A DNA stretch of 64,000 nucleotides, from contig CBFGIT010000010.1 in NCBI GenBank assembly GCA_965648905.1, positions 43,914 to 107,913 of the forward strand, written 5' to 3'. This document shows positions 9,733 to 19,978 of this stretch, one piece after another. Source of the stretch: a candidate division WOR-3 bacterium. Its GTDB lineage: Bacteria; Hydrothermota; Tepidihabitantia; Tepidihabitantales; Tepidihabitantaceae. The notes beneath the pieces are model-generated. The model was not told the DNA's origin and searched no databases. It saw only the letters and a program-made list of their open reading frames with translations. How positions within the stretch are numbered: position 1 is the first letter of the stretch; the number at the start of each line of letters is the position of its first letter. The translations under genes and the position numbers were made by a program.

Positions 9733-10746
9733 CTACTTCTTCTTGTACCCGTCAGGTACTTCGAATTCCGTCACGGATACGTCGGTGACAACAACGGACT
9801 TGACCTCGTGGTAGGACGAGAAGAGGACGTCCGACTTGTCCTTGGGCGGCTCTTTGACAATTGCCTTGGCAATCTTGCCGGCGAGCATGCCGCCGAGCCC
9901 GCCTGAAGGAGCCGGCTCCTCTTCATCTTCGTGGGCCTTGGTTCGAGCGGCTGAGTCCGCTTTCACCCGCCAGGTGACTTCGGTGACAATCGGGTAACCT
10001 TCGACCTTGGCGAGCTCTCGGGCCGCCTTCTCAAAGCTCCGCGCCGCATCCTGTGAGCTAACACCGTAGGTCATGGTCAGAAGACCAAGACCCATCTGCT
10101 GCATCTGTTCAGTTGTAACCTCAAGGCCCATCTTCCTGGCAAGCTTCCGGCTGAACTCGGCCTCGACCGCCTGTGCTTTCTTGAGATTCTCGGTCGAGGG
10201 CGTGTTCCACATATCCGTGGTCATTACTTGGCCGACTCTCTCTCTGCTGACCGTGTCTTCAAGTTCCAGTTCCCAGGTCATCAGGTACTCGGTGCAAGGG
10301 AACCCATTGATATCTTTCGTCTTGCCGGTCTTCTCGACCTTGAACTCCGACTTGGTGACACGGTGGCGCGAGGCAGGCACGCTGCCTTCGGTTGTCGCCT
10401 CGGCCTTCGTGTTCGAGAGCTCTTCCTCGGTCGGGGGCTTGATAGGTCGTTCGGTGTAGCTCTTGCTTCCGTGGTCGACATCCCAGATGAGGTCTTTGTC
10501 CAGCCGGGTTATCTCAGTCTGTTTTCGCGGCTTGCCGGCCAGCGCGCCGACTACGCCGCCGACCATCTTGACGGTCTGGGCAGCGGCTTTCATGTCGCCA
10601 TGGAAGGCGTTCTGGGACGTAATTTCGACGTTGCCGATGCCGGCCAAGAGCGACGTGCGGGTGAACGTCTCGGTCTTGAGGTCAGCCCAGGCTGTGCCGG
10701 CGAGAATCACGAGCAGGGCTGCTGCGGTCGTAATGGTCTTCTTCAA
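9733..10746 (-). CDS. Exported hypothetical protein (DUF4412-like)
   Basis: Signal peptide; TGKTKDINGFPCTEY and C-terminal FEVPDGYKK; RBS AAGGAG and TTGACC-N16-TATAAT upstream. Confidence 0.65.
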   Translation of the reverse strand: MKKTITTAAALLVILAGTAWADLKTETFTRTSLLAGIGNVEITSQNAFHGDMKAAAQTVKMVGGVVGALAGKPRKQTEITRLDKDLIWDVDHGSKSYTERPIKPPTEEELSNTKAEATTEGSVPASRHRVTKSEFKVEKTGKTKDINGFPCTEYLMTWELELEDTVSRERVGQVMTTDMWNTPSTENLKKAQAVEAEFSRKLARKMGLEVTTEQMQQMGLGLLTMTYGVSSQDAARSFEKAARELAKVEGYPIVTEVTWRVKADSAARTKAHEDEEEPAPSGGLGGMLAGKIAKAIVKEPPKDKSDVLFSSYHEVKSVVVTDVSVTEFEVPDGYKKK

Positions 10747-10896
10747 AGTGGTTCTCCTTGGCAGGGATTATAGACGCTTGGCCGGCTCGGTCAACCTCAC
10801 AGGTGCGGCTGCGCCGGCCGCTGTCCGTCTGACACGAGTCGTCACGCCCGGCCCTGGCTGCGACCGACCCGACGCATCCGCTTGACGTAAAGCCGC

Positions 10897-11135
10897 ACCG
10901 CGGCCCCGAACTTGCGCCAGCTCGCCCGCTGGAACAGCTTGCCGAGCAGCGCTTGCACTCCGGCCCATCATCTGAACCGGTGGCGGATGATGCGCAGTCT
11001 GATGGCCGAGAGTTCATCGACGCCAAGCCCGGGCTGCAGGAGCAGAGGAATCGATGGGTCCTGACTCAGGTCGACAAGGCGCGGGCCAGAGTACTCCTCG
11101 CTCCACGAGAAGCCGGCAGGCAGCAGGCCGCGTTC
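10897..11135 (-). pseudogene. Degenerate duplicate of the 3' end of the radical SAM gene
   Basis: 239-bp direct repeat of 15176-15414 with 14 mismatches by manual count; in-frame TGA at 10968; no start codon. Confidence 0.85.
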
Positions 11136-12897
11136 AGCGCTGGATGACAAGCTTCTGTGCGGCCTGGTGGCCTTGCGCCTCCAGCCGCACGAAGTAGACA
11201 CCGTCAGGGAGTGCCGCGCCCAGCGGGACGGAGTACCGACCCGGCGTGTGCCTACCTGACGCCAGTTCGGCCACAACCCGTCCCGCCGCGTCGAACAGGC
11301 ATAGCCTGACCTCTGCCGACTTCGGCACATCGTAGCAGGCCATCGCTCTGCCAGGAGCCGGGCTTGGACTGACGGACAAGGCCCAGTCGGCCGGAGCCGC
11401 GACCGGAGCCTCGCAAGCCCCCACTGGCGCAATCTGGAAAGCCTGATGTGACTCGTCAAACTGCCAGCCAGGCCCGTAGGCGATGGCCAGAATCTTGGCC
11501 CAGGCGAGCGTCGTTTCCGGCACGACCCAGACGTAGCTTGATTCGCTCGGTGCAAGTCCGGTCGCAATCGTATCCAGCCGCCAGAACCACTCACCAGTCG
11601 GCACGATTGTATCGGTCAACAGGAACAACGACACCGAATCGCACCTCGGGGGCTGAAACAGCCGCCAGCGAATCTCGCACGTGTCGCCCGAGCGAAGGAA
11701 GTGGTTCGTGTCCGGGCTGAGCACCCGGATGCACTCGACCTCCAGCACGAAGCTCTGCCCGTGCCCGCCGACCAATATCTCCTTGTATCCGTTCCGGTTG
11801 AAGTCGGCCGCATTGCACATGCTGAAGATCCCCTGGCCAAATCCGCCATCGCAGACTCTCTCATACTGGTGCGGCCCGGTGGCCTTCAAGATGATGATCC
11901 GGTATCCACAGCCCCAGATGACCTCGTCCAGGCTGTCTCCGTCCACGTCGGCACACAGACTCTGGCCGCAGTAAGGCTCGTAGACGCTTGACGCTGTATC
12001 GACTGTGTCGCAGAAGTACTGATGCTCGAAAGGAGCCTCGACCTGGCAGAGGGTTTGTGAGTACCTCAGGCCACCCAGATTTCCGCTAACCACGTCGAAG
12101 TACTCAGGTCTTCCGTTGTGGTCCACGTCGCGCCCGGAAAACCTGTCGTTGTCTCCCCAGGAGCCGGTATACACTGAGCAGACCCGTTCGTACCGATTGT
12201 CGCCAATGCACTCAACTACATGGTCCCCGCGGAAATTCCCGTTGCCGAACGCATAGTCGGTTCGGCCATTCTGGTCGAAGTCGCCTATCACCGGCAGCGA
12301 CCATACATAAGAGCGCGGGGCTGTACAGACCAGGCTTTCGCGGTCGTTGCCCACGTTCTCGAAGACCGCAGTGGATTCCACTCCCCAAGGGGTTACGATG
12401 TCCCAGGCCGAGTCTCCATCAAGATTCGAGCAGAGCGCCGGACAGGCGGCGGCGCTGTTTGGGGTCGGAATCCACCAAACCAGGGAGTCGGGGTGGGAGC
12501 GAGCGTCCCGACTCTCGAATATGCAGAGCGCCATCCTGTACCCGCTTCCACTGTCATATCCTGCCTCGCCTACGACTTCGAGCAGGCCGTCCCGGTCTAC
12601 ATCACAGACATCGTAGGGCCTCAAGTTCCCGAGCAGAATGCTCTCGCCAGAAGGGTAATGCCCCGTATCCGAGATGACGAGGTCGTACCGGTTGACCGGC
12701 CTATACTCGGCCATCTGGAAGAGCCGACCGGGGTTGTGGATGACCTCTCCCAGACTATCGTGGTCTGTGTCGGTGGTCAGCAGCCTATCAAGGGGATTGC
12801 TGGCGGCCAGGGGCAGGTCCGCAATCCGAACTAGAGCGAGTTCTGTCGCGGAGGCAACGGTGATGCCCGACAGGACGATGCCTAGGAGGGTTTTCAT
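11134..12897 (-). CDS. Secreted FG-GAP/VCBS-repeat protein with T9SS-like C-terminal domain
   Basis: Repeated DxDxDG..E/D motifs (DTDHDSLGE, DVDRDGLLE, DFDQNGRTD); C-terminal DAAGRVV...LPDGVYFVRL...KLVIQR. Confidence 0.8.
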   Translation of the reverse strand: MKTLLGIVLSGITVASATELALVRIADLPLAASNPLDRLLTTDTDHDSLGEVIHNPGRLFQMAEYRPVNRYDLVISDTGHYPSGESILLGNLRPYDVCDVDRDGLLEVVGEAGYDSGSGYRMALCIFESRDARSHPDSLVWWIPTPNSAAACPALCSNLDGDSAWDIVTPWGVESTAVFENVGNDRESLVCTAPRSYVWSLPVIGDFDQNGRTDYAFGNGNFRGDHVVECIGDNRYERVCSVYTGSWGDNDRFSGRDVDHNGRPEYFDVVSGNLGGLRYSQTLCQVEAPFEHQYFCDTVDTASSVYEPYCGQSLCADVDGDSLDEVIWGCGYRIIILKATGPHQYERVCDGGFGQGIFSMCNAADFNRNGYKEILVGGHGQSFVLEVECIRVLSPDTNHFLRSGDTCEIRWRLFQPPRCDSVSLFLLTDTIVPTGEWFWRLDTIATGLAPSESSYVWVVPETTLAWAKILAIAYGPGWQFDESHQAFQIAPVGACEAPVAAPADWALSVSPSPAPGRAMACYDVPKSAEVRLCLFDAAGRVVAELASGRHTPGRYSVPLGAALPDGVYFVRLEAQGHQAAQKLVIQR

Positions 12898-12945
12898 GTC
12901 GGCGCGGGGCGGGGAGGATCCCTCCCCGCCCCAGACCTTGACTAC

Positions 12946-14889
12946 CTACCGGGTCAGTACGACCTTGCGGGTCTGGCTGAAGCCCGAGGATTCGACACGG
13001 AGCAGGTAAGCGCCGGGCCTCACGGCACGCCCATTGGCATCCAGCCCGTTCCAGGTTGCGCTGTACGTACCCCGCCCACGGAATCCCGTGGCCACGCGCC
13101 GGACCACCCGACCAAGCGCGTCGTAGACACCGACGTCCACATAGCCCGGCTGCGAAACCGCGTAGTCGATGCGCGTTGCGGCACCGATGATGGCTGGCCC
13201 GAGTTCGACAAGCTCCACTGGTTGGACACATCTGTCGGCCAGCACGGCGTCTCGGCTGCCGTCGTCCGATTTCCGCTTGTACGGATAGCACTGATATAGC
13301 TTCAGCTCGGCCAGCACGGCGTAGTCGCCCACAAGCCTCGTGATATCAAGGTCCACCCTGGAGTCCCCAACGTACTTCTCGCGCGGGATGTACACGAGAA
13401 CCGTCTCAAGAACGCCTGGCTCGAACCGAACCCTCGCGACCTGCACGCTGTCAAGAGAGAAACTCTGCTCCCACGTGTCCTGGCTAGCCTGGTACAGGAC
13501 CGCCTCTACCCGGTAGTCGTAGTTCGGGTTCAGATACCAGAGACGGTACTTCAGTCCCTCGCGGCCATAGTCAACTGAATGGCCACGCCAGCGCCTGAAA
13601 CCATCTCGGGCCAGGCAGTACCGCGAACGTACAGAGTCGCCAGCTTGGACGTCGTAGTACACGAACCCCCTGAAACCGTCGTGCGGTGGCGGCGTGAACA
13701 CGTCGCGCCGGAACAGCACCTCATAGGGCGTCGGCGAGCCCGGTGCGGCTTCGCTGGTCCAGGCCGTGTGGAGCACGAGGTACTCTTCTGGGAGCGTGGA
13801 CACTTCAGCAGCGATGTTCGGATACAGGGATTGAGGTTCGTCCACCTGGAGTGGAAACGTCGGCGGAAGCATGAACAGGTTCAACCAGATATCCTCGTCC
13901 ACGGTGACATCCGCGCGCTGGTGCCACGCATGCGCCCACGGAGTGGACTGCTGCGGGCAATTGGCGTACTCCGTGGCCGCGTCGAGGACAGGCTGAATGG
14001 GGAACCACACGCTAGGTGGGTCTTCCACGTACCGCTGTGCTCGCCATATCATGCCATCGTCACCTTGCTCCTTGCTTCGCCAGACGACATAGACTGACTC
14101 TGCGAAGCTCTCGATCGAGGGATTGAACGCAGGTTTGTACAGGTCCGGCCGGGCTTGGGATACTTCCCATTGCCCGTCCCACCAGCCCGGCGCGATTCTC
14201 ATCCTGTACCAGAGCTGGCGGTCGAACTGCGGGGGCAGCTGCTCACACCAAGACACATGGACGTACTCGCCTGGACCCCTCTCGCCACCTGTGACAGCTA
14301 CGCTGGGTTCCCAGAGATGCGCGTCGGCCGGGGCGGCCCAGGCGGCATCCGGCGGCTCCACTGGACCGGACGAGAGGGTGACCGTGTGCAAGCGTATGAT
14401 GTGGTAAGACCATTCGGGGTCAAACCAGCCGTACGCGACACATACTGCTGGTCCGGTGCTTGCGACGGGAGGCTTGTGGCACACCGCCATCGACGGCGGG
14501 GTAAACACGTTGTCTTTGCACACCTCGAATGCCTGCCATATGCCAGAAGCCAGCCGCGCGGCCGTGAAGAGCTTCTGTGGGGCCCATTTCCAGTAGCTGA
14601 CCCAAGGCTGGCCTCCCTCACATACAATGCAGGGCTCTCTGCCTTCTCCGACGACCTCAACCGGCGACCAAGTGCTTCCCTGGTCGGTCGAGTACGAGTA
14701 GTGTATGGGTGAGTCGTCAGTTTCGCCGTAGGCGAAGACCAGGTGAAGCCATCCGGTCACAGGGTCCAGGGCCAGGTGGCGGCCCTGGTTGTACGCCGTA
14801 GCGTACTGGGTCTCGGTCGGGAACGACTGTCCAGCTACCGCAGACAGAAGCCCGACCACTGCGAACATGAAACAGATGCTTCTGACCAT
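12946..14889 (-). CDS. Secreted protein with Asp-box/BNR-like N-terminal region and FlgD-Ig C-terminal domain
   Basis: AGGAGG RBS before ATG 14889; YSTDQGSTW; C-terminal YDALGRVVR...WNGLDANGRAVRPGAYLLRV. Confidence 0.75.
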   Translation of the reverse strand: MVRSICFMFAVVGLLSAVAGQSFPTETQYATAYNQGRHLALDPVTGWLHLVFAYGETDDSPIHYSYSTDQGSTWSPVEVVGEGREPCIVCEGGQPWVSYWKWAPQKLFTAARLASGIWQAFEVCKDNVFTPPSMAVCHKPPVASTGPAVCVAYGWFDPEWSYHIIRLHTVTLSSGPVEPPDAAWAAPADAHLWEPSVAVTGGERGPGEYVHVSWCEQLPPQFDRQLWYRMRIAPGWWDGQWEVSQARPDLYKPAFNPSIESFAESVYVVWRSKEQGDDGMIWRAQRYVEDPPSVWFPIQPVLDAATEYANCPQQSTPWAHAWHQRADVTVDEDIWLNLFMLPPTFPLQVDEPQSLYPNIAAEVSTLPEEYLVLHTAWTSEAAPGSPTPYEVLFRRDVFTPPPHDGFRGFVYYDVQAGDSVRSRYCLARDGFRRWRGHSVDYGREGLKYRLWYLNPNYDYRVEAVLYQASQDTWEQSFSLDSVQVARVRFEPGVLETVLVYIPREKYVGDSRVDLDITRLVGDYAVLAELKLYQCYPYKRKSDDGSRDAVLADRCVQPVELVELGPAIIGAATRIDYAVSQPGYVDVGVYDALGRVVRRVATGFRGRGTYSATWNGLDANGRAVRPGAYLLRVESSGFSQTRKVVLTR

Positions 14890-15129
14890 GAGAGAACCTC
14901 CTTGATGGTCACGAGAACATCTCTTTGGGAGTACGGCGAGTTCGTGCAACGGAGCTTCCCAAGGAAGCGCGCATACCGGCGGTCGGGAGCGGTCCCGTGC
15001 CAGCTTGCCCACCGTCATCCCGCCAAGAGTCTAGGCCAAGTCAGTCCGAAGTCAATGCCGCGCAGATTCGATCTCTGTGCAAGCCGGCCCCAAATGGCGC
15101 GGCACGGGCACTTGGTGCGCAAGACCGCG

Positions 15130-16569
15130 CTACCGCGCTGAGCCGGGCGCGAACAGCCGCCTCAAGTACAGCCTGACCGCGGCCCCGAACTTGCGCCAGC
15201 TCGCCCGCTGGAACAGCTTGCCGAGCAGCGTCTTGACTCCGGCCCAGCCTCCGAATCGCTGGCGGATGATGCGCAGCCTGATGGCCGAGAGTTCATCGAC
15301 GCCAAGCTCGGGCTGCAGGAGCAGAGGAATCGATGGGTCCTGGCTCAGGTCGACAAGGCGCGGGTCAGAGTACTCCTCGCTCCACGAGAAGCCGGCAGGC
15401 AGCAGGCCGTGTTCTCGGGCATAGGTCTCAAGGTGCGTTCCCGGGTAGATGCGGACGCCCGCGCCACAGGCAAGGGTGGAGATGCGCTTGCGGTGTTTCT
15501 CGACGAACCGGAACGTCTGCTCGACATCGGCCATGGTCTCTGCAATGTGGCCCATGGAGAAAAAGACCTTGGTCTTGAGTCCCAGGTCGGCGCACCAGCC
15601 GAGCAGTTCTTCGGCTCGCTCTAGACGGAACCCCTTACACATCGCGTCGAGCACGCGCTGACTGGCTGACTCGATGCCGAAGTCGACGTAGTAGCAGCCT
15701 GCCCGCTGCATCCTCTCAAGCAGGGGCAGGTCAACCGTGCCGACCCTGATTTCGCACTCCCAGGGGAAACTGAGGCCCCGGCGTTCGATTTCGGCACAGA
15801 TGCCTTCGATGTGGGGCCGGCGCAGGGTGATGGTCGAGTCAAAGAACCTGATGCCCTCGTAGCCGTACTTATCCATGAGCAGTTGGACCTGGTCGAGCAC
15901 ATACCCGGCCGAGTGGCAGGTAACGTCATGTCCGTACATCGCGCTGGCCGAGCAGAAGGTGCACTGCATGGTGCAGCCGCGCGAGGAGATGAACGCGATG
16001 CCGCGCTTGTTCAGGAATTCCATCCTGAGTGCGTAGCGGTTCATCGCCAGCAGGTCCCAGGCCGGGCCGGGCAGCGAGTCGAGGTGCTGGATGCGCACCG
16101 GCGGCCCGGTTTCGACGATGCCGCGGTTCTGCCGGAACAGCAGACCCGGGACGCGGGTGAGCTCAGCCGGTCCTGTCCTCAACGTACGCAGAATGACGGT
16201 CATGCTCTCTTCGCCTTCTCCCCGCACCACGATGTCGATGTCGGGCACGTGAGCGAGCGTGTCGCGGCCGGTGAACGAGGCATGGACGCCTCCGAAGACC
16301 GTCCTGATTTCGGAGCTGAAACACTTGACCCGGCGGGCGATGTCGAAGCTCTGGTAGCGCGTGTGGGTTGTGCCGGAGATCCCGACCACGCGCGGCTGGA
16401 GTTCGGCAAGGTGTTTCTCCAGGGGCTGTTGTTCGACTTCGTAGTCGAGGAGTTTCACCGAGAATCCCCCTGCCCGGGCGTGGGCCGCAATGTAGGCCAG
16501 GCCGAGCGGCGGTATCAGCTCGAACGGAGTTCCCCGTTCCTTGGGGTTTACCAGCAACAGGTCAATCAT
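15130..16569 (-). CDS. Cobalamin-binding radical SAM protein
   Basis: PPLGLAYIAA, GGVHASF, VVRGEGE, SRGCTMQCTFC (CxxxCxxC), FGIESASQ. Confidence 0.93.
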   Translation of the reverse strand: MIDLLLVNPKERGTPFELIPPLGLAYIAAHARAGGFSVKLLDYEVEQQPLEKHLAELQPRVVGISGTTHTRYQSFDIARRVKCFSSEIRTVFGGVHASFTGRDTLAHVPDIDIVVRGEGEESMTVILRTLRTGPAELTRVPGLLFRQNRGIVETGPPVRIQHLDSLPGPAWDLLAMNRYALRMEFLNKRGIAFISSRGCTMQCTFCSASAMYGHDVTCHSAGYVLDQVQLLMDKYGYEGIRFFDSTITLRRPHIEGICAEIERRGLSFPWECEIRVGTVDLPLLERMQRAGCYYVDFGIESASQRVLDAMCKGFRLERAEELLGWCADLGLKTKVFFSMGHIAETMADVEQTFRFVEKHRKRISTLACGAGVRIYPGTHLETYAREHGLLPAGFSWSEEYSDPRLVDLSQDPSIPLLLQPELGVDELSAIRLRIIRQRFGGWAGVKTLLGKLFQRASWRKFGAAVRLYLRRLFAPGSAR

Positions 16570-16677
16570 GCGAAGTCTGGCGAATGATAGGAGGGCACGG
16601 GCCGGCTGTCAAAGGAACCGGCCGGGTCCAAGACCCGGCGGGCTTGATTCGGCACGTTGCTCTGCTATAGTCCGACC

Positions 16678-17154
16678 GTGGATAGCACTCACATCCTCGA
16701 AGCCGCGGGTCGGTTTCACGGCCATATCGGGCCCTGGCTTGCTCTTGGCGTTCGGGCCGGTCTGCTGGCCATGGAACGGCTCGGAGCCTCCCACTTTGGC
16801 CTTGGGGCCGACGTGCGCTGCCCGGAGCGCACTCCCTACACGTGTTTCCTTGACGGCATTCAATTCAGCACCGGCTGTACCATGGGCAAGGGTAACATCC
16901 GCCATCTTGTTGCTGAAGGCTGCTCGGTCGTTTTCTCGACCAGCGGAAAAGGTCTGCCGGGTCGCACGTTGGAACTGGGGGTTGCGCCGGACCTGTGGGC
17001 CGAGTTACACGAAGACCGTCAACTGAACGATCGGCAGGTGACTTTGCTCGGCTATGACGTGTTCGAGAGGCCGACTGAGTCTCTGTTCCGGGAATACCCA
17101 CCCGATACGAATTCCGAAACCAGCAGCACCGGACCGGAGTCTAACGAGCCGTAA
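16678..17154 (+). CDS. FmdE-family protein
   Basis: RFHGHIGPWLALG and CFLDGIQFSTGCTMGKGN; GTG start 6 nt after TTGATT-N16-TATAGT. Confidence 0.85.
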   Translation: MDSTHILEAAGRFHGHIGPWLALGVRAGLLAMERLGASHFGLGADVRCPERTPYTCFLDGIQFSTGCTMGKGNIRHLVAEGCSVVFSTSGKGLPGRTLELGVAPDLWAELHEDRQLNDRQVTLLGYDVFERPTESLFREYPPDTNSETSSTGPESNEP

Positions 17155-17175
17155 CCCAATCAGGAGGTGAGCAAT

Positions 17176-17625
17176 ATGGCTCGTAATCTAGTTACCTGGG
17201 ACCCGTTCCGTGAGATGACTTCGATGCGGGACGAAATGGAACGGCTCTTTGATAACATGCTCGGTCGCTATCCGCGCGAGCGGGCTGATGCATTCTGGGT
17301 GCCGTCGGTTGACGTCGAAGAGAGCAACGAGGCGGTGACGGTTCGTGCCGAGATTCCCGGCATGAAGAAGGACGACATCAAAGTGACGGTGTCGGATGAC
17401 CTGGTCACCATCAGCGGCGAACGCAAGCATGAAGTCGAGCAGAAGGACAAGACCTTTCACCGCATCGAGCGCGTCTACGGCAAGTTCCAGCGCACGATCG
17501 GCCTGCCGGCTGATGTCGAGGGCGACAAGGCCAAGGCCAGCTACAAGGCCGGAGTACTTGAGCTGGTTCTGCCCAAGTCGGCCAAAGCCCGGGCCCACGA
17601 AGTACAGATAAAGGCCGAGGAATAG
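17176..17625 (+). CDS. Hsp20/alpha-crystallin small heat shock protein
   Basis: WDPFRE, PSVDVEE, AEIPGM, ISGER, ERVYGKFQR, ASYKAGVLEL; RBS AGGAGGTG. Confidence 0.95.
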   Translation: MARNLVTWDPFREMTSMRDEMERLFDNMLGRYPRERADAFWVPSVDVEESNEAVTVRAEIPGMKKDDIKVTVSDDLVTISGERKHEVEQKDKTFHRIERVYGKFQRTIGLPADVEGDKAKASYKAGVLELVLPKSAKARAHEVQIKAEE

Positions 17626-17648
17626 CGCCTCATTCCTCTGGTCTTGCC

Positions 17649-17677
17649 GGACCCGCCTTCGGGCGGGTCCTTCTGTT
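17649..17677 (+). terminator. Intrinsic terminator after hsp20
   Basis: GGACCCGCC-TTCG-GGCGGGTCC followed by TTCTGTT. Confidence 0.8.
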
Positions 17678-17779
17678 GGTGCGTGACCCGCCCCGAGCCT
17701 ACGGTCAAGGAGAGGGACCGGGCAGAGCTTGACAGGCGCAGTTGAGCCGCGAGACTATTGAGGCCCGAAAGGAGTATCG

Positions 17780-19978
17780 ATGATGAAGTTCTGCTTACTG
17801 GCAGTCTGGGTCGGTGTTGCCCAGGCCGCCTGGATTTCAGTTGGTCCGGATGGCGGGTACGTCCAGGCGTTTGGCGTTGACCCGCAGGCACACGAGCATC
17901 TCTACGCGGCCTGCTATGACTACCCGGAGAACTCAAGGCTGTTTCGTTCGACCGATGCCGGCGCATCCTGGGCGCTGCTGGGTACGATTCCTTATCCGTC
18001 GGTTACAGCTCTGGCGGTTGACCCGTTTGATGCGCGTTTCATCTACGTTGCCGCACGCGGGTCAGGACTGTACCGCTCGGACGACGGCGGTGCGAGCTGG
18101 CGCATGTATAGTCTGCCCGGTCAAGCCAATGCATTCGACTGGAGCACGGGCGTGGCCGGTCGGATCGTTGCTGGCGGCTACTACCTGTCAGGCGGCAGCT
18201 ACCGGGCGGCACTGTTCGTTTCGACCGACCGTGGGGCAACGTGGTCGGTGTCAATGCCGCGGCCGGATACGGTGTTCTACGCCTATGCCTGTGCCGCAGA
18301 CCCATCCCGGCCTGGGACCGTGTATCTGGGCAGCAGCTCAGGTTACCTGCATCTTACCACTAATGGCGGCAGCACGTGGACTCTTGTTAACTCGGGCCTG
18401 CCGTCGACCGCGACGACCATGAGTCTGGCGGTCAACTCGGACGGCAGCGCAGTGCTGGCCGGGACCAGCGCCGGCATATACCGCAGCACAAACCAGGGTG
18501 CAAGCTGGACACTGGGTACGGGCTCGCCCGGCTCGGTGACGAGCGTCACTTTCTCGCCGGCAGACGCGCGGTACGCCTGGACCCTGGGCCGGACTGATTC
18601 GATGCGGGTCATGGTTTCGACCGACGCGGGCAGTCGCTGGACCGTACCGGTGCCGGGCTTTGTGACGCTCAAGACCGCAACCCTCGTGCCCGACCCGGCG
18701 ACCCCAACCTGCGCTTACCTCGGTACCCAGACCGGGGTCTTTCGTTCGACCGACATGGGCGCAATCTGGAACCCGGCGCATACCGGTTTGCGTATCGCCA
18801 AGATTTCGACGATCGCGGCCGGGCCCTGGAACAGCGAACGGGCCTACCTTGAAGTATCTGAAAACGGTGTCTTCAAGACTCTGAACCGGGGCTCGAACTG
18901 GACCCGGTGCAACGACTTCCTTTCCTGCGGTAACATCTGTGGAATCGGGGTACTGACCGAATCCGGCGGCGACGTCTTGTACGCGCTTGAGGGCTCGGGC
19001 TGAGGCAACGCCGAGCTCTTCAAGAGCACGGACGGCGGTGCCGTCTGGATAGAAATCGAAAGCTACTACGGTGAGGGCGGGGCCTGCATCGGTCATCCGG
19101 ATTCGCTCAGGACCCTGCTTACCGGGGGGCAGGGCGCGGCAGCAGACAGCTACGGGTTCGTCGTTTCAACTTCCTTCAATGCCGGACAGAGCTGGCTGAG
19201 GAGGCGCATGGCTTATCCGTGTCGCGGCTACTGCAATGCGCTGGCCGTACGTACCGGGACAGACCGGGCCGTGTACGCAGGCGGGTGGGTTAACTTCCCG
19301 ACTGGAACGTCTGGTGCGGTCCTGAAGTCTACCGACTTTGGCGCGACGTGGGAATCGTTGCCCGGTCCTCTGCCTGATACGGTGTTCGGCATTGTGGCCG
19401 ACGACCAGGACGGGCCTTTGGTCTTCTGCGCGACGACGAGCGGTGTCTATCGCACGACCAACGAAGGGCAGAGCTGGACCAGAGTGCTGGGTCAGCGCGG
19501 AATGCGGGCATTGGCTCGGGCTGGAACGCGCTGTGCCGCGGCCGGAGATTCCGGGGTCTGGGTGACCACGGACCAGGGCGCAAGCTGGGTCAAACTCGAT
19601 TCCGGCCTTGGTTCGACCAGGGTGAACTGCCTTGAGTTCATGGCCGGAGCTGATGACTGGCTCTGGCTATTGGCCGGCACTCACGGCAGGGCAGTGTTCT
19701 ACTGGGACTTCGGGCCGACCGCGGCCGCGGGGCCTTGCGTTCCGGTCGGGTGCAGGATACCAGCGTCGGTGCTGCGCGCCCGGCTGGTTCTGGATCTGGA
19801 GCAGGGGTCAAGGGTTCGGTTACTTGATGCTGCGGGCCGGACCGTGCTCAGCAGGCGTCTGCACCGGGGTCGGGCAGAGCTGGATGTTTCGTATCTGCCT
19901 GCCGGTCTCTACTTTGTGCAGCGGACCGACGTAGAGTCCGGCAAGTCGGTTACGACCAAGGTCGTGGTCGAGCGCTAG
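17780..19978 (+). CDS. Secreted Asp-box (BNR/VPS10-like) beta-propeller protein with T9SS-like C-terminal domain; one in-frame TGA at 19001-19003 (putative selenocysteine)
   Basis: ORFs 17780-19003 and 19208-19978 share a frame, and the 68 codons between them are open and continue the SxDGGxxW repeat pattern (GNAELFKSTDGGAVW). Confidence 0.75.

Noticed and set aside
10968..11594. 208-aa minus-strand ORF ending in radical-SAM-like sequence
   Set aside because: It is an alternative frame of the 11134 gene running into the duplicated fragment, not an independent gene.
14890..15022. Riboswitch in the ~130-nt leader of the 14889 gene
   Set aside because: No known aptamer consensus or expression platform could be recognised by eye.
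17780..19978. Alternative genetic code (UGA = Trp or Gly) as the explanation for the read-through
   Set aside because: Many conserved genes here end at TGA at the expected length with ATGA coupling (ispF, birA, mod), and Trp is encoded by TGG.
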